Shown: positions 27,236-36,937 of the stretch, one piece after another
Position numbering within the stretch: position 1 is the stretch's first letter
Layout of the letters: every line of letters begins with the position of its first letter
Source: Pyrinomonadaceae bacterium
GTDB lineage: Bacteria; Acidobacteriota; Blastocatellia; Pyrinomonadales; Pyrinomonadaceae
DNA: 64,000 bases
Assembly: GCA_046155085.1 (NCBI GenBank)
Contig: JBJXEG010000011.1
Span: forward strand, 240,855 to 304,854
Direction: 5' to 3'
Notes under the pieces: generated by a model
Told to the model about the DNA's origin: nothing
Databases searched by the model: none
The model's input: the letters and a program-made list of their open reading frames with translations, nothing else
Position numbers and translations under genes: made by a program

Positions 27236-28366
27236 TTAGTTCAATTCAATTGTTTCAACGATCTCGAGGTCAAACGCCTCGAGGGCGCTGATCTTTGGCG
27301 GATGGTTGGTCAAAAGACGTATCTTATTTACACCCAGATCCTTTAATATTTGTGCACCGATGCCGTAATCGTGGACGTTGCCATATCCCGTTTCCTGACG
27401 CGCCGTCTGAAAATCGATGGTACGTTCCTGCATTAGGGCGTATGTCCGGAGCTGATTTACCAGATCAAGATTATTCTCACGCTGACGCAAATACAGTATG
27501 ACACCATACCCCGACTCAGAAATTTTTACGAGGGAGGCTTGCATCGCGGCTGCGGCTTCGCCAAGCGTCGAACCGAACATTGCAAACGTAACATTCTCCG
27601 TTTGGACGCGAACAAGCACCGGCTCGGTTGCACTCGAAACGTCGCCCGCGACCATCGCCACATGTGTCTCGCCATTGATAACGTTTTCAAAAAGGATGGT
27701 TCGAAAGACGCCCGAGCGGGTCGGTAGATCAGTTTCGACGATCCGCCGGATCAGCGTTTCCTTTTCGATCCGGTAGCGAACAAGATCGGCAACCGAGATG
27801 ATCTTAAGGCCGTGCTTTGCGGCAAAGATCTCCAGTTCGGGTAAGCGGGCCATTGTGCCGTCGTCATTCATGATTTCGCAGATGACGGCAGCGGGCTGTA
27901 ATCCGGCTATCTTTGCAATATCGACGCTCGCCTCGGTTTGCCCGACACGCACAAGGACGCCGCCGCGTTTTGCTCTAAGCGGAAAGACATGGCCGGGCCG
28001 TGCAAGATCGGATGGCCTTGACGCCGGGTCAACTGCGGTCAAGATCGTTTTTGCCCGGTCGGCGGCTGAGATGCCCGTGGTTACCCCCGTCCGGGCCTCG
28101 ATCGACGTCGTAAAAGCGGTGCCCATGCTCGAAGTGTTTTCCGTTGTCTGCGGAAACAGCTGCAGCTCGTCACACCGCTCCTCCGTCATAGGCATACAGA
28201 TCAGGCCGCGGCCGTGAACGGCCATAAAGTTGACGATCTCCGCCGTCACCTTTTCAGCCGCACAGACGAGATCGCCTTCGTTTTCGCGATCTTCGTCATC
28301 AACGATGATTATCATTTTGCCGTCGCGTATGTCGGCGGTAGCGGCTTCGATAGAGGAAAATGGCAT
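27236..28366 (-). CDS. ribB: 3,4-dihydroxy-2-butanone-4-phosphate synthase fused to a degenerate GTP-cyclohydrolase-II-like domain (RibBX-type)
   Basis: The N-domain [16 protein letters not shown] is RibB-like. The C-domain aligns to RibA, but where RibA has the RVHSEC...C.C zinc site this protein reads [23 protein letters not shown], with no Cys. Confidence 0.8.
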   Translation of the reverse strand: MPFSSIEAATADIRDGKMIIIVDDEDRENEGDLVCAAEKVTAEIVNFMAVHGRGLICMPMTEERCDELQLFPQTTENTSSMGTAFTTSIEARTGVTTGISAADRAKTILTAVDPASRPSDLARPGHVFPLRAKRGGVLVRVGQTEASVDIAKIAGLQPAAVICEIMNDDGTMARLPELEIFAAKHGLKIISVADLVRYRIEKETLIRRIVETDLPTRSGVFRTILFENVINGETHVAMVAGDVSSATEPVLVRVQTENVTFAMFGSTLGEAAAAMQASLVKISESGYGVILYLRQRENNLDLVNQLRTYALMQERTIDFQTARQETGYGNVHDYGIGAQILKDLGVNKIRLLTNHPPKISALEAFDLEIVETIELN

Positions 28367-28463
28367 GCTGTATAATCCGCGTGGGCATTTGCCCGATCCC
28401 GTCAGTTCGTTTAGATTTTATCGAATCGAGTGGATTTAAGCGAATAATACAGCGGTAGGCCGC

Positions 28464-29339
28464 TTAGTGGTTTAGATTTAGCGTCTTTAGATAATCGCGA
28501 AACTCCGCTCCCAGATCGTCGCGTTTTAAGGCCAATTCGACCGTGGCGATCAGAAATCCGAGTTTGTCGCCCGCGTCGTGCCGCGTCCCTTCGAGCTTGA
28601 CGGCGTAGAAAGGCCGTGTTTTTAATAAGATACGCATCGCGTCGGTGATCTGTATCTCCCCGCCGGAGCCGGGCGTCGTCGCCTCGATCGCGTCAAAAAT
28701 ATCGGGTGTGAAAATGTAGCGGCCGATGATCGCAAGATCTGATGGAGCGTCGGCATAGGCCGGCTTTTCGATCATGTCATTTATCTTGTAAACATTCGGC
28801 TCTACTTCCGTGGCGTCGATTACGCCGAAACGCGAGATCGCCTCACCCGCAACCTGCATTGTAGCAATCACGGGGGCGTTGTACCTCTCAAACACTTCGG
28901 CCATCTGTCTTAAGGCCGGCCGTTCGCTGTCAATAATGTCGTCAGCGAGCAGGGCTGCAAAAGGTTCGTTCCCGACAAAATCTTTTGCCTGATAGATCGC
29001 GTGGCCGAGGCCCAACGCCTGCTTTTGCCGCGTGTAGCTGATCTGAGCTATGTCCGATATGGCACGGATCTGCTCGAAAAGATCGTCCTTTCCACGCTCT
29101 TTGAGCATCTGTTCGAGCTCAAATGAGATGTCGAAATGGTTTTCGATCGCACCTTTATCGCGGCCAGTGATGATTAGGATCGATTCGATGCCGCTCGCGA
29201 CCGCCTCTTCGACGGCGTATTGGATCAGCGGTTTATCGACCAGCGGCAGCATTTCTTTCGGGCTCGATTTGGTCGCCGGCAGAAATCTGGTGCCGAGGCC
29301 GGCGGCGGGGAAAACAGCCTTGCGAATTTTGTTTGTCAT
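28464..29339 (-). CDS. galU: UTP--glucose-1-phosphate uridylyltransferase
   Basis: KAVFPAAGLGTRFLPATKSSPKEMLPLVDKPLIQY. Confidence 0.9.
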   Translation of the reverse strand: MTNKIRKAVFPAAGLGTRFLPATKSSPKEMLPLVDKPLIQYAVEEAVASGIESILIITGRDKGAIENHFDISFELEQMLKERGKDDLFEQIRAISDIAQISYTRQKQALGLGHAIYQAKDFVGNEPFAALLADDIIDSERPALRQMAEVFERYNAPVIATMQVAGEAISRFGVIDATEVEPNVYKINDMIEKPAYADAPSDLAIIGRYIFTPDIFDAIEATTPGSGGEIQITDAMRILLKTRPFYAVKLEGTRHDAGDKLGFLIATVELALKRDDLGAEFRDYLKTLNLNH

Positions 29340-29401
29340 ACCAAGTTTGTTAAATTCGATAAGTCTTTCACATAAGACAAACTTTAGATTTTAGGGTAAA
29401 A

Positions 29402-29857
29402 ATGGCGGATAAACAAACATTCGAAACCGTGCTGATACAGCATCCGGGCATGGAGGCGACCGGTGTGACGATCCCTTTCGACGTGGAGGAGGTCTTTGGC
29501 GCCAAGCGAGTACCGGTTAAAGCCGTTGTAAACGGCGAAGTCTATCGCGGGTCGATCGTCCGGATGGGCGGTGAATATTGTCTCGGCATCCCAAAGATTT
29601 TTCGTGAGGCCGCCGGTATTAGTGCGGGTGACCACATTGTAGTTACGATCGAGCGTGACGATGAAGAAAGGGTTGTGGCGGTACCCGCCGACTTAGCGAG
29701 TGCTCTTGCCAAAAGCGGACTTAGCGAAACATTTGACGCGATGAGCTATACCCATCGCAAGGAACACGTCCGTGCGATCGAAGAGGCAAAAGCCCCGGAA
29801 ACCCGTGCGAGACGGATCGCAAAAACAATTGAAATGGTCGCTGCCAAAAAAAAGTAA
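29402..29857 (+). CDS. DUF1905 / YdeI-OmpD-associated family protein
   Basis: The two-part architecture (N-terminal barrel, then a C-terminal [24 protein letters not shown] helix) is typical of the YdeI family. Confidence 0.6.
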   Translation: MADKQTFETVLIQHPGMEATGVTIPFDVEEVFGAKRVPVKAVVNGEVYRGSIVRMGGEYCLGIPKIFREAAGISAGDHIVVTIERDDEERVVAVPADLASALAKSGLSETFDAMSYTHRKEHVRAIEEAKAPETRARRIAKTIEMVAAKKK

Positions 29858-29859
29858 AA

Positions 29860-31149
29860 ATGTTAGACCTTAATTTTGTCAGAGATAATTTGGATGCGGT
29901 TCGTAAAGCTCTTGCGAATCGTAACTTTCCCGCCGACTCCCTCGACACATTTGTCGAGCTTGACTCCGAGCGCCGACGGATGATACGTGAATCCGACGAG
30001 GCTAACCGAGTACTAAATGATGCCAGTAAAGAAATTGGCGCCCTTGTGCAGGCGAAGGATTTGGAGAAAGTAGCTGAAAAAAAAGAAGAGGTTTCCGCCT
30101 GGAAATTGCGGCATGCGATGCTAGACGCCCACCGGAAGGATATTGAAGCAGCAGTGCACGAATTGCTATCGGGGTTGCCGAATTTACCCGCGGACGACGT
30201 TCCCGTCGGCTCAGACGAAACTGCAAATGTAGAGATCCGCCGGTGGGGAGATCCGCGTAAATTTGATTTTGAACCGAAGGATCACGTTGACCTCGGCGAA
30301 GGTCTTGGCATACTAGACTTTGAACGAGCAACGAAGATTGCTGGTTCGCGCTTTGCGATCCTTAACGGCCCGGGTGCAAGATTGAGCCGGGCACTCGTCA
30401 ATTTTATGCTCGATGTTCACACGACCGAGCACGGCTACACCGAGACGCTGCCGCCTTTTCTTGTAAACCGCACCGCCCTTTTTGGCACGAATCAGTTGCC
30501 AAAATTTGAAGGCGACCTGTTTCATATCAAGGACGAACGGGGCTTTGCCCTGATTCCGACCGCCGAGGTCCCGGTCACCAATTACCATGCAAATGAGATT
30601 CTCGACGCAAAAGATCTGCCGGTAAAATATGTCGCATATACGCCGTGTTTTCGCAGCGAGGCCGGGAGCTATGGCAAAGATACGCGTGGGCTGATACGTC
30701 AGCACCAATTTGAAAAGGTCGAGCTTGTAAAATTGAGCCTGCCGGAAAACTCTGAGGACGAACATGAAAAACTGACAGCGAACGCCGAACGCATCTTGCA
30801 GCTTTTGGGCCTCCCCTACCGGACCGTTGTTCTATCGACAGGCGATATGGGTTTTGGTGCAAAGAAAACTTACGACATCGAAGTTTGGCTGCCCTCGCAG
30901 AAAACCTACCGCGAGATATCAAGCTGCTCAAACTGCGGTGACTTTCAAGCGCGGCGTATGAACCTCAGATTTCGCCGTGCCGGCGGCGCCAAGCCGGAAT
31001 TTGCACATACACTCAACGGCAGCGGTCTCGCCGTTGGCCGCACGTGGATCGCAATTCTAGAAAATTTTCAGCAAGTCGACGGAGGCATTCTGGTTCCGGA
31101 AATTTTGCAGCCATACATGAATGGGCTGACGGAGATAAAGTCATCCTAG
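29860..31149 (+). CDS. serS: seryl-tRNA synthetase
   Basis: N-terminal coiled-coil arm plus class II motifs ([26 protein letters not shown]; [16 protein letters not shown]). Confidence 0.93.
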   Translation: MLDLNFVRDNLDAVRKALANRNFPADSLDTFVELDSERRRMIRESDEANRVLNDASKEIGALVQAKDLEKVAEKKEEVSAWKLRHAMLDAHRKDIEAAVHELLSGLPNLPADDVPVGSDETANVEIRRWGDPRKFDFEPKDHVDLGEGLGILDFERATKIAGSRFAILNGPGARLSRALVNFMLDVHTTEHGYTETLPPFLVNRTALFGTNQLPKFEGDLFHIKDERGFALIPTAEVPVTNYHANEILDAKDLPVKYVAYTPCFRSEAGSYGKDTRGLIRQHQFEKVELVKLSLPENSEDEHEKLTANAERILQLLGLPYRTVVLSTGDMGFGAKKTYDIEVWLPSQKTYREISSCSNCGDFQARRMNLRFRRAGGAKPEFAHTLNGSGLAVGRTWIAILENFQQVDGGILVPEILQPYMNGLTEIKSS

Positions 31150-31243
31150 CGTTACGCTTTGTAACCGCATATGAAGCAGAGAAAAATCAACTATTCATAT
31201 CCTTCATGATCTGCTTTATGTGCGTCATCTGCGGCTAAATGCC

Positions 31244-31272
31244 TTGACGAAACGCGACCCTGTAATTACAAT
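31244..31272 (+). promoter_or_regulatory. sigma-70-type promoter TTGACG-N17-TACAAT for mazE, overlapped by an 8-bp-arm palindrome
   Basis: -35 at 31244-31249 and -10 at 31267-31272. The palindrome TAATTACA-A-TGTAATTA spans 31263-31279. The ATG is at 31279. Confidence 0.5.
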
Positions 31273-31278
31273 GTAATT

Positions 31279-31527
31279 ATGAAAACCCAGATCATCCAGA
31301 TCGGTAATTCGCAGGGCATACGTATTCCAAAGGTGCTGCTCGAGGATTGCAAGATCACCGGCGAGGTCGATCTCGTGATACACGCTGACGGTATTCTGAT
31401 CCGAAATGTACAAAAGCCGCGGGCCGGTTGGGGCGAGGCATTTAAGGAAATGTCGGAAAACGAGGACGATGAACTTGTTGATGCTGGTTCGGCTACCAAG
31501 TTTGAAAAAAAGGAGTGGCAATGGTAA
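31279..31527 (+). CDS. mazE: AbrB/MazE/SpoVT-family antitoxin
   Basis: IQIGNSQGIRIPKVLL swapped-hairpin motif and an acidic C-tail. The gene overlaps the toxin gene. Confidence 0.8.
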   Translation: MKTQIIQIGNSQGIRIPKVLLEDCKITGEVDLVIHADGILIRNVQKPRAGWGEAFKEMSENEDDELVDAGSATKFEKKEWQW

Positions 31528-31841
31528 GCCGCTTCGATGTTTATCTTGTCAATCTTGACGCCGACCCCTCGAAGGACGCCAAGAATACGCGCCCCTGTGT
31601 CGTCATCTCGCCAAACGAGATGAACCACAACGTCCAAAACGTGATCATTGCACCGCTCTCCTCAGCCGGTCCGAAATACCCGACGCGGATCCCGGTCACT
31701 TTTCTCAATAGCGAACGTGCTATCATTCTCGACCAATTGCGCGTCGTCGATAGTGTTAGGCTTGTAAAAAAGATTGGTGAGATCGACAAACCTGTTCAAA
31801 AGGAAACACTCGACCGTTTGCAAGAAATGTTTGCGGAATAA
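31515..31841 (+). CDS. mazF: MazF/PemK-family endoribonuclease toxin
   Basis: RFDVYLVNLDADPSKDAKNTRPCVVISP is a PemK fold signature. The start may be ATG 31521. Confidence 0.82.
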   Translation: MAMVSRFDVYLVNLDADPSKDAKNTRPCVVISPNEMNHNVQNVIIAPLSSAGPKYPTRIPVTFLNSERAIILDQLRVVDSVRLVKKIGEIDKPVQKETLDRLQEMFAE

Positions 31842-31854
31842 TAGAGATAGTCGA

Positions 31855-32661
31855 TCAGGCCTTTTTAGACTTCGCCTTATTCCACAGATCATCCATTTCT
31901 TTCAGATCTGCGTTTTCCAGACTCTTGCCGGCCAGTTTCAACTCGTCCTCGATAAATTTGAACCGCTGGCGGAATTTTCGGTTCGTCTTCTTTAGAGCGG
32001 TTTCAGGTTCGACGTCGAGATGGCGTGCAAGGTTCATAACAACAAATAGCAGATCGCCGATCTCCTCGGCTGCGTTTCCTGTCTCTCCTTTTACGATGGC
32101 TTCTTTCAACTCGGCGATCTCCTCATCAAACTTGTCAAAGATCTGACCCGCGTTTTCCCAATCAAAGCCGACCTTCGCGGCCATCTTTGTAAGCTTTAGC
32201 CCCTCGAGCAATGCCGGAAAATGTACGGGTACTTCGTCGAGGATCGAATCTCGCTTTTTCTCGATCTTGCCCGAAGCTTTTCGCTCATTGGCCTTGAGCT
32301 GATCCCAATTATCAAGAACATCTTTGGCCCGGTCGAGTTTTGCATCGCCAAATACATGCGGATGCCGGAGGATCAGCTTTTGCGTCACACCGGCCGCGAC
32401 ATCATCGACTGTAAAATCTCCACGCTCCGCCCCGATCGTCGAGTGGAAAATGACTTGCAGCAAAAGGTCGCCAAGCTCTTCGCGTAAATTTGCCGTGTCG
32501 CCGGTCGCATCCGCCTCCTGGATGGCGTCAAACGTCTCGTAAGCCTCTTCGAGTAGATACGGCGACAGAGACTGATACGTCTGCTCATGGTCCCACGGGC
32601 ATCCACCGGGGGCACGTAGCCGGGCCATTACCGCAACGAGTTCGTCCATTGATTTTGACAT
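31855..32661 (-). CDS. mazG: nucleoside triphosphate pyrophosphohydrolase MazG (tandem MazG domains)
   Basis: Repeated EExxE/D motifs (EELGDLLLQV, EEIGDLLFVV). Confidence 0.88.
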   Translation of the reverse strand: MSKSMDELVAVMARLRAPGGCPWDHEQTYQSLSPYLLEEAYETFDAIQEADATGDTANLREELGDLLLQVIFHSTIGAERGDFTVDDVAAGVTQKLILRHPHVFGDAKLDRAKDVLDNWDQLKANERKASGKIEKKRDSILDEVPVHFPALLEGLKLTKMAAKVGFDWENAGQIFDKFDEEIAELKEAIVKGETGNAAEEIGDLLFVVMNLARHLDVEPETALKKTNRKFRQRFKFIEDELKLAGKSLENADLKEMDDLWNKAKSKKA

Positions 32662-32721
32662 GACCTAAATTTTGAATTCTTTTTCGGCAAAATGCTACTA
32701 TCGAATTAAGGATTAAAATAT

Positions 32722-33285
32722 ATGATCGGCAATGACGACAATCAAGAAGAGGTCAGTTTTAAGGTCGCTGATAAGCGAAAATTTAATGCCGACGGGTCAG
32801 TGCGTGACGGTGTGACGCTCGATGCGGCAAAGGCTGCCGAGCCGCCAGCCGCGAAACCGGGGACCGAGCCGGCTACGGCCCCCGCGCCCCCTCAGGCGGA
32901 AAAAAGCGGGGACGACCCGGCGGCTCTCGACCAGGACCAGGCAGACGAAAGCGGTGAAATCCCGGGTGCCGAAGACCCGGCGAGCTTTGTAAATTTTCTT
33001 TCGATGCTCGCCACAAACGCGGCCAGTGCTCTCGGCGCTGTGCCAAATCCGGCGACTGGCCAGCGAAGCCTCGACCTCGAGACGGCTAAGTACTGGCTTG
33101 ATGTGCTGGGTATGATCCGCGACAAGACAAAAGGCAATCTTCATCCTAAAGAAGACCGCCTGCTCGAGGGACTGCTCGCGGATCTGCGTCTGCAATATGT
33201 CCAGCTTGTAAAAGCAACCGAAGAAAAGCTTAGGTCCCAGGCCGCTCAAAAACTCTCGGGCGCGGATATCCTAGGTAAAAAATGA
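32722..33285 (+). CDS. DUF1844 domain protein
   Basis: FVNFLSMLATNAASALG...AKYWLDVLGMIRDKTKGNL...LLADLRLQYV matches the DUF1844 pattern. Confidence 0.65.
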   Translation: MIGNDDNQEEVSFKVADKRKFNADGSVRDGVTLDAAKAAEPPAAKPGTEPATAPAPPQAEKSGDDPAALDQDQADESGEIPGAEDPASFVNFLSMLATNAASALGAVPNPATGQRSLDLETAKYWLDVLGMIRDKTKGNLHPKEDRLLEGLLADLRLQYVQLVKATEEKLRSQAAQKLSGADILGKK

Positions 33286-33368
33286 TTGACCACATAGATA
33301 CATAGGACACATAGCCGGAAAAATATTTCTCTATGTGCTCGATGAATCTAGGCGGTTAAAATCTTTGT

Positions 33369-34130
33369 ATGCGTCTAACGTTTCTCGGAACCGGAACTTC
33401 CACGGGTGTGCCATCGATCGGGTGCGATTGCGAGACATGCCTGTCTGAGGACCCGCGTGACAAACGGCTGCGTGTCTCGATTCTCATAGAGCACCGCGAT
33501 AAGAAAGTACTAGTTGATACGTCGATAGATTTTCGCCAACAGGCCTTGCGGGCAAGGATCAATCACCTTGATGCAGTTCTCATAACGCATTGCCACGTCG
33601 ATCACGTGTTTGGCCTCGATGACATTCGCCCACTCAATTTTCGCCACGGAGCGATGGGCGTCTATGCTAATGAGATCGCCTGGGTCGATCTGCGCCGCAT
33701 TTTTCAATATATATTCAATCCCACCCATTTTGGGGGCGGCCTGCCGCAATTGATACCCCACACCGTCGAGCCAAATGCCCCGTTCTGCGTCGGCGAGGAT
33801 CTTGAGATCACGCCGCTAGAGGTCACACACGGCAAGTTGCCGGTCATCGCATACCGCTTCAATGACTTTGCCTACGCCACCGACCTGAAGGTCATTCCAC
33901 TCGCGTCAATGGAACGCCTTCGCGATCTTGACGTTCTAGTTCTCGATTGTGTCCGTATCAAACCGCACTCGACGCACCTATGCCTCGATGAAGCGCTTAC
34001 CATCATCGAAGATTTAAAGCCGAAACGAGCTTTCCTCACACATCTCAATCACGACATCCTGCACGAACGCGATTCGCGTCTGTTGCCGGATAATGTGCGG
34101 TTTGCATACGACGAACTGGTGGTCGATTAA
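33369..34130 (+). CDS. MBL-fold metallo-hydrolase (PhnP-like)
   Basis: HCHVDH (HxHxDH) motif. N-terminus is FLGTGTSTGVPSIGCDCETC. Confidence 0.78.
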   Translation: MRLTFLGTGTSTGVPSIGCDCETCLSEDPRDKRLRVSILIEHRDKKVLVDTSIDFRQQALRARINHLDAVLITHCHVDHVFGLDDIRPLNFRHGAMGVYANEIAWVDLRRIFQYIFNPTHFGGGLPQLIPHTVEPNAPFCVGEDLEITPLEVTHGKLPVIAYRFNDFAYATDLKVIPLASMERLRDLDVLVLDCVRIKPHSTHLCLDEALTIIEDLKPKRAFLTHLNHDILHERDSRLLPDNVRFAYDELVVD

Positions 34131-34279
34131 GGCGTAAAATAACACTCGATTTAACTTAAATTCAATGTAAGTTATTGTGCCGCAATGCGTTACGAAATTG
34201 TTACGCCCAATTTAACGCTGTACGTTAGACGTGGCGCGCTAAATGCTGCAAAAACTAGACTTAGACGAAAGTTTTAAAA

Positions 34280-34323
34280 CCACTATATTTTGTGTTGACA
34301 ACGGGAATAGACTACCATATAGT
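34280..34323 (+). promoter_or_regulatory. nrdA promoter TTGACA-N17-TATAGT with overlapping NrdR-box-like site
   Basis: CCACTATATTTTGTGT (34280-34295) matches 14 of 16 positions of the NrdR box acaCwAtATaTwGtgt. -35 at 34295-34300 and -10 at 34318-34323. A weaker half-box CTATAT lies at 34325-34330. Confidence 0.55.
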
Positions 34324-34521
34324 CTATATCCACTAAGGGACTCAGCCTTTAATTTAAGTATTTAGAGACCCGTCTGAAACACTTACCAGTCCGGTGTAAA
34401 GCAGCGGCCTTGCTTGCGAAAATGTAATGCGGGGGGAGTGGAACTTTCTCTCTTTTTTTACCGGACAAATCACGTGAGCGTGTCGAAATGCGGCCCGGAC
34501 GTAGGAGGAAAATAGCTAATC

Positions 34522-36936
34522 ATGGACACTTTTTTTGGACAGACCGGCACCGCCGCAACCCGACAAACGGATGACTCGGCCCAAACTTCGATGCAGGTAC
34601 GCAAACGTAACGGCTCGCTCGAGCCGGTCGATATTAATAAGATCGTTCGTGCAATCACGCGTTGCTGCGTCAATCTACCGGGTGTGGACAGCCTACGCAT
34701 AGCGACTAAGACCATTAGCGGTCTTTATGACGGGGCAACGACCCGCGAGCTCGACAAGCTGTCGATCCAGACGGCGGCAAGTCTGATATTTGAGGAGCCG
34801 GAATACTCGCTCCTCGCGGCCCGCCTGCTCAATCAATATGTTGAGAAGGAGGTCCGCAATCAGGAGATACATTCATTTTCACAGTCGATCGCCATTGGCG
34901 TTAAAGAGGGGTTGATCGGGACACGTGTCGCCCAGTTTGTCACGGAGAACAGCCGGAAGCTAAACGACGCGGTTGATAAGACACGAAACGACCTGTTTGA
35001 GTTTTTTGGTCTTCGCACATTGTATGACCGCTATCTCCTGAAAAACCCTGAGACACGGGACGTGATCGAATCGCCGCAGTTTTTCTGGATGCGCGTCGCC
35101 TGCGGCCTCGCCGAAAACCCCTACGAGGCTATAGACCTATATAATCTCTTTTCGTCGCTCGAATACGTGCCCAGTACCCCGACGTTATTCAATTCCGGTA
35201 CACAGCACGAGCAGCTCTCATCGTGTTTCCTGCTCGATTCGCCGCTCGACAGCCTCGACAGCATTTACAAAAAGTATTCCGACGTCGCTATGCTCTCGAA
35301 ATTTTCGGGCGGCATCGGCATAGCATATTCACGCGTCCGATCACGCGGATCACTAATTCGCGGGACCAATGGCCATTCGAACGGTATCGTGCCGTGGCTC
35401 AAGACGCTTGACTCCAGTGTCGCAGCGGTAAATCAAGGCGGCAAACGCAAGGGGGCCTGCTGTGTCTATCTAGAAACGTGGCATGCCGACATCGACGATT
35501 TTCTCGAGCTCCGCGACAACACCGGCGACGACGCGAGCCGCACGCACAACCTCAATCTGGCAAATTGGATACCCGACCTTTTTATGAAGCGGGTCCAGGC
35601 GGACGGCCAATGGTCGCTGTTTGATCCAAAGATCGTGCCGCATTTTCCGGATCTCTATGGTGAGGAATTTGAGGCGGCGTATGTCAAAGCCGAGGAAGAA
35701 GGGCTTTTTATGCGTCAGATAAATGCCCGTGACCTTTACGCCAAGATGATGCGGACGATGGCCCAAACCGGCAATGGATGGATGACATTTAAGGACGCGA
35801 GCAACCGAAAATCGAACCAGACGGGACGCCCGGAAAACGTCGTCCACCTTTCAAACCTCTGCACCGAGATAATCGAGGTCACGTCAGATAGCGAGACGGC
35901 CGTGTGTAATCTCGGTTCGATAAATGCGGCCCGCTACGTTAAGGATGGTCAGTTTGACTACGACAAGCTCCGCCGCAACGTGCATCTCGCCGTCAGACAG
36001 CTGGATAAGGTGATCGACCTCAATTATTACGCGATCCCCAGCACCGCAGGTTCGAACAACCGCTGGCGTAACATTGGCCTGGGTGTGATGGGTTTGCAGG
36101 ACGTTTTTTTTCAGATGCGTCTCCCTTTCGACGGTGATGAAGCACGAAAAATCTCGGCTAAAATACAAGAGGAAATCTACTTTGCCGCACTCGACGCCTC
36201 GTCGGACCTCGCCGTGACACGCGGCATGCATCCGGCATTTTTCGAAACGCGTGCCGCACAGGGTGATCTGCAATTTGACCTTTGGGGTGTAACGCCCGAC
36301 GACATCGGACGCTGGGATGCCTTGCGTGAAAAGATCAAGGCGACGGGACTGAGAAATTCCCTGATGATCGCCATCGCTCCGACCGCCACCATTGCCTCGA
36401 TCGCCGGCTGTTACGAATGCATCGAGCCGCAGGTGTCAAACCTGTTCAAACGCGAAACCTTGTCGGGCGACTTTGTCCAGATCAACAAATACCTGGTCAA
36501 AGAGCTAAAAGCCATCGGTCTCTGGACCGACGAGATTCGCAATAAGATCAAACTGAGCGAAGGCTCGGTGCAGGACATCGATGAGTTTAGCGACGAGCTA
36601 AAAGCGATCTACCGCACCTCATGGGAGATACCGATGCGTTCCCTGATCGACATGCAAGCCGACCGGGGAGCGTTCATCGATCAATCGGCTTCGCTCAACC
36701 TGTTCATGGAGAGCCCAAATATCGGTAAGCTTTCATCAATGTATATGTATGCGTGGCAAAAGGGCTTGAAAACGACGTATTACCTTCGCTCGCGCCCAGC
36801 TACGCGGATTGCACAGGTCGCCGCCGCTGATAATATCGCATCTGTTATCGAAGAGCCTACGAAGAAGGTGTATACAGATGAAGAAGCGTTGGTTTGTTCG
36901 CTGGAGAATCCCGAGGCGTGTGAAGCATGTCAGTGA
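34522..36936 (+). CDS. nrdA: class Ia ribonucleoside-diphosphate reductase alpha subunit
   Basis: ATP-cone (VRKRNGSLEPVDINKIV), NLCTEI active-site loop and a C-terminal redox tail ENPEACEACQ. Confidence 0.93.
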   Translation: MDTFFGQTGTAATRQTDDSAQTSMQVRKRNGSLEPVDINKIVRAITRCCVNLPGVDSLRIATKTISGLYDGATTRELDKLSIQTAASLIFEEPEYSLLAARLLNQYVEKEVRNQEIHSFSQSIAIGVKEGLIGTRVAQFVTENSRKLNDAVDKTRNDLFEFFGLRTLYDRYLLKNPETRDVIESPQFFWMRVACGLAENPYEAIDLYNLFSSLEYVPSTPTLFNSGTQHEQLSSCFLLDSPLDSLDSIYKKYSDVAMLSKFSGGIGIAYSRVRSRGSLIRGTNGHSNGIVPWLKTLDSSVAAVNQGGKRKGACCVYLETWHADIDDFLELRDNTGDDASRTHNLNLANWIPDLFMKRVQADGQWSLFDPKIVPHFPDLYGEEFEAAYVKAEEEGLFMRQINARDLYAKMMRTMAQTGNGWMTFKDASNRKSNQTGRPENVVHLSNLCTEIIEVTSDSETAVCNLGSINAARYVKDGQFDYDKLRRNVHLAVRQLDKVIDLNYYAIPSTAGSNNRWRNIGLGVMGLQDVFFQMRLPFDGDEARKISAKIQEEIYFAALDASSDLAVTRGMHPAFFETRAAQGDLQFDLWGVTPDDIGRWDALREKIKATGLRNSLMIAIAPTATIASIAGCYECIEPQVSNLFKRETLSGDFVQINKYLVKELKAIGLWTDEIRNKIKLSEGSVQDIDEFSDELKAIYRTSWEIPMRSLIDMQADRGAFIDQSASLNLFMESPNIGKLSSMYMYAWQKGLKTTYYLRSRPATRIAQVAAADNIASVIEEPTKKVYTDEEALVCSLENPEACEACQ

Positions 36937-36937
36937 A

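Noticed and set aside
28367-28463. FMN riboswitch upstream of the ribB-type gene
   Set aside because: The spacer is only 97 nt and lacks the conserved FMN-element segments. It contains just a short hairpin after galU.
34324-34521. Cobalamin riboswitch or attenuator in the nrdA leader
   Set aside because: There is no B12 box or GCCACUG-type core. The G-run and T7 run do not form a convincing terminator hairpin.
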